Shown piece by piece: positions 57,061-64,000 of a stretch of 64,000 nucleotides of DNA; the stretch's first letter is position 1; every line of letters begins with the position of its first letter. The notes under the pieces were generated by a model. That model saw only the letters and a program-made list of their open reading frames with translations, had not been told where the DNA came from and ran no database searches. Source of the stretch: an uncultured Flavobacteriaceae bacterium (GTDB lineage: Bacteria > Bacteroidota > Bacteroidia > Flavobacteriales > Flavobacteriaceae); the NCBI GenBank assembly GCA_905480425.1, contig CAJQQG010000013.1:5017-69016 (forward strand), in the 5' to 3' direction. Position numbers and translations under genes: made by a program.

Positions 57061-59511
57061 ATGAAAAATATTGTAATTACTTTATTAATAACGGGGACTT
57101 ATCTTTTAAATGCTCAAGAAGAATTAGGATTTCAGATTCCTAAGAAAGAGCTATTGGATCTAATAGATGTTGATTTAGCTCCAACTGTATTACGAAACAC
57201 GAAAAACACTGTTATGGTGCTTTTATCGCGTTCTACTTTCAAAAGTATAGCTGATTTATCAAGAAAGGAACTCCGCATTGCAGGGCTTCGAGTGGATCCA
57301 AAACGTTTTATTGGAAGTAGAACTACCTATTATAATAAAGTTGAATTAGTAGATTTTGAGAAAGGAGAGACACCTTTGCTTGTAGATGGACTTCCAAATA
57401 AACCTCAATTGACAAACTTTATCTGGTCACCAGATGAAAAAATGATTGCAATGACTCACACTTCAGATTCAAGTGTTGAGCTTTGGATTTTAGATGTTAC
57501 TACTAGAAAAGCAAAAAAACTGAGTTCCCAACCAATTAATGCAACTATGGGGAATAGTATAAATTGGTTCAAAAGTAGTAAAGAGTTGTTAGTGAAATTA
57601 ATACCTAAAGACAGAAAGGATATTATTGATCAATCTGTAGTTGTTCCAACGGGTCCAAAAGTCACTGAAAATAATGGAGAAAAAGCTCAAAACCGAACAT
57701 ATCAAGATCTGATTAAGAATCCTACAGATGCTAAAAATTTCACTCAACTGAGTAGATCAGAAATTTATAAGATTGATCTGAATGGCAATAAAAATCATTT
57801 TTTAGACGCACGGATGTATAGAGATATAAGTGTGTCTCCAGATGGAAAATACGTAATGGTATCGTTTGTAAAGGAACCTTTTTCTTATCTAGTTCCTTAT
57901 TATCGTTTCCCAACTGAAACTCGTGTATATGATTTGGATGCACAATTGATTAAATTAATATCTGATAATCCACTTCAGGAGGTCCTTCCAAAAGGATTTA
58001 TGGCGGTAAGTACCAATAAACGAGACATAGGATGGCGCAAAGATAAGCCTTCTACTATTTATTATGTGGAGGCACTAGACAAAGGGAACCCTGAAATTAA
58101 AGTTCCTTATAGAGATGCATTGTATGAGTGGGAAGCTCCTTTTGGCCAAAAGTCAATTTTATTGACAAAAACAATAAACCGATACGCTGGTATAATTTGG
58201 GGGAACGATTTTAATGCAATTATCTATGACAGATGGTGGAATAGTCGGAATTCAAAAACATATATATTCTCACCCTCTAAGCCTAATATTCCAGCTAGAG
58301 TTATTGTTGATCGGAATTATCAAGACAGATATAGTGATCCAGGTGACTTTGTCACTCGAAAGGGAAAGTACGATGAAAACATCTTGGCCTTAGATGGAAA
58401 TAACGCTTTTCTTTTGGGTGATGGTTTTTCTGAAAAAGGGCAATTTCCATTTTTGGATCAGATTAATTTGAAATCAAATAAAAAAAATCGCACCTATCAA
58501 TCGACCTATACAGATAAATTTGAACAGCTTTATGATTATGACATTATTGAAAAAAAATTGAGTATTCGAATCGAATCTAAAAATGAATACCCAAATTATT
58601 TCACGAGAAGTATTGATAAAACAAATACACTAAAACAACAAACCTTTTTTAAAAACCCATTTAAAAATCTTGAAAATGTTGGGAAAGAACTCATTTCATA
58701 TAAACGGAAAGATGGACTAGATTTAAGTGGAATTCTTTATACTCCAGAAGGTTTTGATAAAAATAATCCAAAACAATTACCCATGATTTTATGGGCGTAT
58801 CCAAGAGAATATAAAGATAAATCTAGTGCTGCTCAAAAAATAAATAATCCCAATCGATTTTTATATCCAAGTTGGGGTTCTCCCATTTATTGGGTAACAC
58901 AGGGGTATCTCGTTTTAGATCGAGCTACTTTCCCAATTATCGGAGAAGGAACGGATGAACCTAATGACAGTTTTCGGACACAATTAGTTGCCAATGCAGA
59001 AGCTGCGATTAATGCTGTTGTTGAGAAAGGGTATGCTGATAGAAATAGAATAGCTGTCGGCGGACATAGTTATGGAGCATTTATGGTAGCTAATTTGCTT
59101 AGCCATTCTGATTTATTTGCTGCAGGAATAGCAAGAAGTGGTGCTTATAACAGAACATTAACACCATTTGGTTTTCAAAGTGAATCTAGATCTTATTGGG
59201 AAGCCCCAGAAGTATATTATACTATGTCACCTTTTATGCATGCTGATAAAATGAAAACTCCATTATTATTAGTTCATGGTGAAGCAGACAATAATTCAGG
59301 AACTTACCCTTTACAGAGTGAGCGATATTATAATGCTCTAAAAGGTCTTGGAGCGACAACAAGATTAGTTATGTTTCCAAAAGAAAGCCACGGATATAGA
59401 GCGAAAGAAACAATTCTTCATCTCATTTGGGAACAAGATCAATGGTTAGAAAAATACGTTAAAAACAGAAAACCTTTTTTAAAATTAACAAAAATCAAAC
59501 CTAAGGGATAG
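57061..59511 (+). CDS. S9-family serine peptidase (prolyl oligopeptidase/dipeptidyl-peptidase type) with N-terminal beta-propeller region
   Basis: 816 aa with a signal peptide, nucleophile GGHSYGAFM, and C-terminal LLLVHGEADNN and SHGY motifs. Confidence 0.85.
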   Translation: MKNIVITLLITGTYLLNAQEELGFQIPKKELLDLIDVDLAPTVLRNTKNTVMVLLSRSTFKSIADLSRKELRIAGLRVDPKRFIGSRTTYYNKVELVDFEKGETPLLVDGLPNKPQLTNFIWSPDEKMIAMTHTSDSSVELWILDVTTRKAKKLSSQPINATMGNSINWFKSSKELLVKLIPKDRKDIIDQSVVVPTGPKVTENNGEKAQNRTYQDLIKNPTDAKNFTQLSRSEIYKIDLNGNKNHFLDARMYRDISVSPDGKYVMVSFVKEPFSYLVPYYRFPTETRVYDLDAQLIKLISDNPLQEVLPKGFMAVSTNKRDIGWRKDKPSTIYYVEALDKGNPEIKVPYRDALYEWEAPFGQKSILLTKTINRYAGIIWGNDFNAIIYDRWWNSRNSKTYIFSPSKPNIPARVIVDRNYQDRYSDPGDFVTRKGKYDENILALDGNNAFLLGDGFSEKGQFPFLDQINLKSNKKNRTYQSTYTDKFEQLYDYDIIEKKLSIRIESKNEYPNYFTRSIDKTNTLKQQTFFKNPFKNLENVGKELISYKRKDGLDLSGILYTPEGFDKNNPKQLPMILWAYPREYKDKSSAAQKINNPNRFLYPSWGSPIYWVTQGYLVLDRATFPIIGEGTDEPNDSFRTQLVANAEAAINAVVEKGYADRNRIAVGGHSYGAFMVANLLSHSDLFAAGIARSGAYNRTLTPFGFQSESRSYWEAPEVYYTMSPFMHADKMKTPLLLVHGEADNNSGTYPLQSERYYNALKGLGATTRLVMFPKESHGYRAKETILHLIWEQDQWLEKYVKNRKPFLKLTKIKPKG

Positions 59512-59644
59512 TCTTTCCCCCATGTGAACTTTTAGCCATAAGTCAAGCTATGCATTTCAAGAAAAAAAATAAAGATGGGAGACAACAAGAAGAAATGCAT
59601 CACACTAAAGAATACTGTTATTGATAATTTTTTATTAATTAAAC

Positions 59645-60100
59645 TTATGGACTTTTGATCATAAAGTTAAAATCATCTTCTTTTAGTTTTAAAATAATAT
59701 TTTCATCTTGCTTTATTCCTTCAATTTTAGGCATGAGTAATTCAAATAGATTGCTAATTTGATGGTGATCAGTTTTTGTTTTAGGGTCAGGCATATAGAT
59801 CAATCCTTTAAAAACACTTTCTTTAAATATTAATTGAACTTCGAAAAAATAAAAATTTTCTGGGGGTATATATTTTGACCAATTAATTTCTTTGAAATAA
59901 TATTTATAGTTTTTAATTGAGAATTGATAAGGAGATATATCGATATTAATTGTCCCAACGAAAAAAGCACTTAGATCAAGTCCTCTTTTTTTGAAAAATG
60001 GCATCTGTAGTCTTAATGTTCCCTTTGGATATCTAATATCATTTCCTTTCCCAGAAGCCACTCCATGTCCAGAGATTACTTTACCAGTAATTGAAATCAT
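59645..60100 (-). CDS. small protein resembling the archaeal CTP-dependent riboflavin kinase fold (tentative)
   Basis: 151 aa. The motifs ITGKVISGHGVASG, VGTINID and PDPKTKTDHH...FELLMP follow the GxVxSGxGxG / GT[LI]N / PxKTxH...E pattern I recall for PF01982-type kinases. This is a by-eye comparison only. Confidence 0.35.
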   Translation of the reverse strand: MISITGKVISGHGVASGKGNDIRYPKGTLRLQMPFFKKRGLDLSAFFVGTINIDISPYQFSIKNYKYYFKEINWSKYIPPENFYFFEVQLIFKESVFKGLIYMPDPKTKTDHHQISNLFELLMPKIEGIKQDENIILKLKEDDFNFMIKSP

Positions 60101-60103
60101 AAT

Positions 60104-60862
60104 CTACAAATTTGCACCACCATCTATGGCTAATGCTGTCCCAGTAACAAAAGAAGCTTCATCTGAGGCTAGCCAACAGATTGCATTTACGACCTCTGTT
60201 GCAGTTCCTAGACGCCCTATGGGGTGCATTGCAATTGCATGCTTCAATTTTTTTTCTGTATCGAAGGCTCTGTCGGCCATTGGTGTTTCAATTACAGCAG
60301 GGCAAACTGCATTTATTCTGATATTTTCTTTTGCATATTCCAGTGCGGATGCTTTAGTCATACCCACAACTCCAAATTTTGATGCATGATATCCAATTCC
60401 AGCACCTCCTGCTTGAAGACCAGCCAAAGACGATACATTAATAATCACTCCTTTTCCTCTTTTTAGCATTTCTGGAATTTGATATTTCATTGAAATCCAT
60501 ACTCCTTTGAGATTAATAGCAATAACATCATCCCATACAGATTCGTCGTAATCTGCAGTTTTAACCCCAGGAGTTCCTTCAATTCCGGCATTGTTTACTG
60601 CAATATCTATACCACCAAAGTGTTTAACTCCTTCTTTAACTACATTTTGAATATCTCTAGGTTTACTGAAATCAGCTTTTATAAATAAAGCTTCACCGCC
60701 ATTTTTTTTTATTCTTCGGACTAAGTCCAAGTTTAAATCCGCATTCCTTGATGATAAAATTATTTTAGCTCCTTGTTCAGCAAATGTTATTGCGACTTTT
60801 TCACCAATTCCAGAACTTGTACCACTAACTAAAACCACTTTATTTTGAAATCTTTGATTCAT
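60104..60862 (-). CDS. classical short-chain dehydrogenase/reductase (SDR)
   Basis: SGTSSGIG cofactor motif, NNAG, and the catalytic S...YHASK triad region. 252 aa. Confidence 0.9.
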   Translation of the reverse strand: MNQRFQNKVVLVSGTSSGIGEKVAITFAEQGAKIILSSRNADLNLDLVRRIKKNGGEALFIKADFSKPRDIQNVVKEGVKHFGGIDIAVNNAGIEGTPGVKTADYDESVWDDVIAINLKGVWISMKYQIPEMLKRGKGVIINVSSLAGLQAGGAGIGYHASKFGVVGMTKASALEYAKENIRINAVCPAVIETPMADRAFDTEKKLKHAIAMHPIGRLGTATEVVNAICWLASDEASFVTGTALAIDGGANL

Positions 60863-62199
60863 TTTTTATTTTTAATCATTATTTTTTCCAATTCTTCCAA
60901 AGATTTATTTTTGGTTTCTGGCATCATTTTCCAAACGAAAAGTAGTTGAAATACCATTATAATGGTAAAAATCGCAAAGGTAATTCCTCCACCCAAAGTA
61001 CTTGTGACAAAAGGAAAAACTGCAGCAATAAAAGCAGCAAATACCCAGTGTGTTCCACTTCCAAGGGAATTTCCATAGGAACGAACATTGTTAGGAAATA
61101 TTTCTGAGATAAAAACCCAAATGACGGCACCTTGTCCAACTGCATGCGAAGCTATAAAGGCAAATATTAAAACGGGAATTAATAAAGTCCCTTCACCAAA
61201 TCCAGTATAAAAAGTCAACGATATAAGACCTAGAGAGATAATATAGCCAAAAGAACAAATGTACATCAAGAATTTTCGTCCCATCCGATCAATCAAAAAT
61301 ATACCGATAAGGGTTGCTATTAAATTTATGAATCCAACTCCAACAGATGACAATAGTGAAGCACTTTCTCCCATTCCAGTTTCTGCAAAAATTCTTGGAG
61401 AATAGTAAATTACAGCGTTAATTCCAGAAAGCTGATTAAAAAAGGCAATTAAAAAAGCGAGTGAAATAGGAAGATTAAATTTGCCAGAAAAAAATTCTTT
61501 AAGCCCACCTCCTGATTCCCCATTCTCTTTACTTAATTGAATTAAAATAATATTATTTTCAACTTCACTTGGATCTATTTCTTTCAAAACACTTTTTGCT
61601 TCTTCAATTAATCCTTTTTTTAAAATCAACCATCTTGGACTGCGAGGAACAAATAAAATCAAAATTAGGAAGAGAGCAGCCGGGATTATTTCGATTCCTA
61701 ACATTATCCTCCAATTTCCGTCACTAGCACCACCAATAAAATAATTTGACAGATAGGAAATTAAAATTCCAAGAACTATATTGAATTGAAAAAGTGCTGT
61801 AAGTTGACCTCTTTTATTTGTAGGGGATATTTCTGAAATATACATGGGTGCAACAACTGATGAAGCTCCAACGGCAAGACCACCAATAAATCTAAAAAAC
61901 ATTAAAGAATAAACTTCTGGAGAAAATGCTGAACCAATCGCAGAAATAAGAAATAGAATTGCGACGATTAATAATGTTTTTTTTCTTCCAAAAGCTTCAG
62001 AGGGAAAGCCTCCAAGAAGGGCACCTATAATAGTACCATACAAAGCCATTGCAACTGTTTGACCAATCATAGTATCACTTAAATTCCAAAGATTTTGAAT
62101 TTCTTGTTCAGCTCCTGAAATAACTGCCGTGTCAAATCCAAAGATAAACCCTCCAAAAGCGACAATTACAGACCACAAAATTATCTTATTATAATTCAT
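60859..62199 (-). CDS. MFS sugar-porter family transporter
   Basis: 446 aa, 12 TM, with motifs GRKKTL, PRSPRWL and PETKNKSLEELE. Confidence 0.9.
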   Translation of the reverse strand: MNYNKIILWSVIVAFGGFIFGFDTAVISGAEQEIQNLWNLSDTMIGQTVAMALYGTIIGALLGGFPSEAFGRKKTLLIVAILFLISAIGSAFSPEVYSLMFFRFIGGLAVGASSVVAPMYISEISPTNKRGQLTALFQFNIVLGILISYLSNYFIGGASDGNWRIMLGIEIIPAALFLILILFVPRSPRWLILKKGLIEEAKSVLKEIDPSEVENNIILIQLSKENGESGGGLKEFFSGKFNLPISLAFLIAFFNQLSGINAVIYYSPRIFAETGMGESASLLSSVGVGFINLIATLIGIFLIDRMGRKFLMYICSFGYIISLGLISLTFYTGFGEGTLLIPVLIFAFIASHAVGQGAVIWVFISEIFPNNVRSYGNSLGSGTHWVFAAFIAAVFPFVTSTLGGGITFAIFTIIMVFQLLFVWKMMPETKNKSLEELEKIMIKNKK

Positions 62200-62489
62200 A
62201 TAATTTATTATAGTTTCTCATAAATATATAAAATGAATTAAAACTTATATTACATATGGAATAATATTCTTAATTAGAAGAATAGATCTATGATTAATAA
62301 CACTCAAATATAATTAATCCTCAAGCTTACTAAAGATTTTAAAGCTTAGTGATTACATAGGCCCTTGTAAATATTGAAAGAATTTTATAAAACTGCATAA
62401 AACCCAAAGAATAGCATATTTAATGAATTAAAAATTTTCAAGAAGCTATATGTCATTACATTTAGATATTATTAACTAAATTTTTTAAA

Positions 62490-63020
62490 ATGAAAAAATT
62501 AATACTATGTGTAGTACTTGCAGGGTCTTTAGTTTCATGCCAAGCTCCAGCTGAAAAAGAATCTGAACATTCCCACGAATCAACCGTTATTGGATACGAA
62601 TTTAGTGATGAAGGTGAAAAACAAAATCTAATTGCTGGAGACGTTTCTATAATTGATACTTATATGGAATTTATTCAGGCACACAACGACCGAGATATTG
62701 ATAAAATTATGGACATGGTTCAAGATTCGATTTTAATTAAGACTCAAGATGCTCAAGAATTAAAAGGAAAGTCAATCCATAGAGAAGTTTTGGAAAAGTG
62801 GTTTCCAGAAAGTAATCCGATGTGGACTGTAAGGTGGATGGCCACTAATACTGTTGAAGTTAAAGATGGAGAAAACAGACATTGGTTGACAACAGGCATC
62901 GAAATTACCGAGACGCTTGATGAAAAAGAAAGAAAAAGAGAGCAAATCCTTGATGTTAATTTTGTCGGTAAAATGATTAAAGAGGTAAGTATTTACGAAA
63001 GATCAAAACCTATAGAATAA
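62490..63020 (+). CDS. lipoprotein with NTF2/SnoaL-like domain (unknown function)
   Basis: Lipobox LVSC and a SnoaL-like opening (IIDTYMEFIQAHNDRDIDKIMDMV). Confidence 0.45.
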   Translation: MKKLILCVVLAGSLVSCQAPAEKESEHSHESTVIGYEFSDEGEKQNLIAGDVSIIDTYMEFIQAHNDRDIDKIMDMVQDSILIKTQDAQELKGKSIHREVLEKWFPESNPMWTVRWMATNTVEVKDGENRHWLTTGIEITETLDEKERKREQILDVNFVGKMIKEVSIYERSKPIE

Positions 63021-63030
63021 CCATATTCTA

Positions 63031-63058
63031 AAAACCCTCCTGATTGGAGGGTTTTTTT
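63031..63058 (+). terminator. rho-independent terminator
   Basis: AAAACCCTCC-tgatt-GGAGGGTTTTTTT. Confidence 0.85.
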
Positions 63059-63146
63059 AATTAAAGCCAACGATATTCTGTAATTTTAATTCTAAAGGCT
63101 TACACATACATTAATTCTCATAACAACCAGAATTAGCATCTAAATC

Positions 63147-64000
63147 TTATTCTAAGCGCACATTTCCTAATCCAACATCAACACCCTTTTTTGCTTTTAT
63201 AATCAAAGCAGATGTTATTTTAGACATGTTTATTCCTAATTTCTCAAAAGAGCTTAAACTAATTCTATACTCTTTCCAGTCTCCACTTATTTTAATATCT
63301 AGTGTTTTATCACAGCTTCCATCGAAATCGCATTGGCCAATTTGTATAACAGCATCAGAACCAGTAAATGTTTTTGCTGTAAAAGCTAATTTCATTGCAC
63401 CATTTGACTGACGAGCCATATCATTTGGTTTCTCTGAAGAAATACGAAAATAATCTCCATCGGATTTAGTCCAATTAATACGTAATGCATCTTCTTGCGC
63501 CATATGATCTGTTTTACTTATTATAAGTCCACCGACAGATGATGGGAAGCTTGCTATTTGTTTTATTAAATCTCCAGAACTTAGCCATAAGCTCCATGGT
63601 GCAATTGTAGAACCCATATTGAAGAATTTCCCTGATGAGGCTACTACGCTATTCTCTAGTCCTGATTTTTCAGATAACACATCAAGATTTTCTGTACTAG
63701 CGTAACTAAGTCCGTACCCTAATTTAAATAGCGCTTTATTTTTTTCTGAAACTACGGCGCTAGATGGCCATGTAAATGACAATCTTCCCACAAAATCATA
63801 TGATGGATCTTTCTGAAATAATAGGTCAGAAATCCCACCACCCTCACTTCCGGGTAACCATGCGGCAACAAATGCATCAGAATTATTAATCTCTGGATTG
63901 GTCCAGATTGGACGTCCCGATAGGAAAACTGAAACTACAGGAATCCCTTTGTTTTTATAGGCAGCTAATTTGTTAACGTCAAACCCGTTAGGAACAAAAT
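63147..64000 (-). CDS. glycoside hydrolase family 3 beta-glucosidase/exo-glucanase, C-terminal part (N-terminus beyond window end)
   Basis: The frame stays open upstream of the track's GTG 'start' at 63791. My translation of 63792-64000 gives ..GIPVVSVFLSGRPIWTNPEINNSDAFVAAWLPGSEGGGISDLLFQ.., a GH3 C-terminal domain, followed by an extra beta-sandwich-like tail as in ExoP-type enzymes. Confidence 0.8.
   Translation of the reverse strand, partial: FVPNGFDVNKLAAYKNKGIPVVSVFLSGRPIWTNPEINNSDAFVAAWLPGSEGGGISDLLFQKDPSYDFVGRLSFTWPSSAVVSEKNKALFKLGYGLSYASTENLDVLSEKSGLENSVVASSGKFFNMGSTIAPWSLWLSSGDLIKQIASFPSSVGGLIISKTDHMAQEDALRINWTKSDGDYFRISSEKPNDMARQSNGAMKLAFTAKTFTGSDAVIQIGQCDFDGSCDKTLDIKISGDWKEYRISLSSFEKLGINMSKITSALIIKAKKGVDVGLGNVRLE

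Noticed and set aside
59550-59600. A 9-bp inverted repeat ATGCATTTC...GAAATGCAT enclosing a 33-nt A/G-rich loop between the convergent S9 peptidase and riboflavin-kinase-like genes.
   Set aside because: It is not followed by a T-run on either strand, and the loop is too long for a typical terminator. There is not enough evidence for a structured RNA.
59991-60389. 132-aa + strand ORF spanning the junction of the SDR gene and the riboflavin-kinase-like gene.
   Set aside because: It is antisense to an SDR with a complete cofactor and catalytic motif set. Its translation is Ala/Pro/Ser/Ile-rich with no motif, so it is most likely a shadow ORF.
1186-63411. About 30 short ORFs in the supplied track nested inside longer genes on the opposite strand or in another frame: 1186-1509, 4778-4963, 5422-5694, 10978-11190, 12375-12641, 13047-13265, 13535-13813, 14538-14777, 18314-18517, 21967-22170, 22465-22656, 23624-23857, 24901-25095, 25779-25961, 26565-26789, 29538-29756, 30007-30189, 30233-30451, 35451-35744, 38760-38942, 46146-46337, 47786-48049, 50101-50370, 50617-50799, 53191-53388, 53957-54214, 57740-57943, 60957-61145, 63226-63411.
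   Set aside because: Each lies wholly or largely within a gene that has clear family motifs. Their products are low-complexity, have unusual composition and match no motif I recognise. Spurious antisense ORFs like these are expected in AT-rich genomes.
1-64000. A search by eye for CRISPR arrays, IS elements, transposases, integrases, tRNA or rRNA genes, toxin-antitoxin pairs and known defence-system hallmarks.
   Set aside because: None was found. There are no regularly spaced direct repeats, no recombinase- or nuclease-like ORFs and no tRNA-like cloverleaf candidates in the intergenic regions.

Overview
AT-rich (about one-third G+C by eye), densely coding chromosomal segment that looks like a marine Flavobacteriia (Bacteroidota) genome. 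Support for that assignment: family content (DUF4199, DUF4252, CarboxypepD_reg-like proteins, many lipoproteins and secreted peptidases) and recurrent Bacteroidota-type TAnnTTTG -7 promoter boxes about 18-23 nt upstream of start codons. Positions 1-40 kb are mostly housekeeping: an acyl-CoA dehydrogenase/MarR/fatty-acid-CoA ligase cluster, purL, an RsmB-like methyltransferase, an ECF sigma module, an MsbA-like ABC exporter, phosphosugar mutase, GT2, rpmE, mtaB, rpmH, carB, purB, rdgB, rlmH, priA, rpsF-rpsR-rplI, hisS and a DEAD-box helicase. Positions 40-64 kb look more accessory and are dominated by exported hydrolases and small catabolic operons: S10 and S9 peptidases, a lipoprotein with two HExxH motifs, an ABC ATPase plus ABC-2 permease/M1-peptidase fusion, esterases, an SsuD-like monooxygenase operon, an MFS-SDR operon and a partial GH3. 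I found no rRNA or tRNA genes, CRISPR arrays, transposases, integrases or recognisable defence genes. My best candidate for an undescribed system is the ATPase + duplicated ABC-2 permease fused to an M1-type zinc peptidase (50475-54934), which I speculate is an ATP-gated surface peptidase. Secondary candidates are the hydrolase/SsuD-like/SSF operon, the MFS/SDR/riboflavin-kinase-fold-like operon, the dual-HExxH lipoprotein, a decayed DUF4252 paralog and a helically phased T-tract region. All family calls come from reading motifs by eye, with no searches run. Start codons are provisional.
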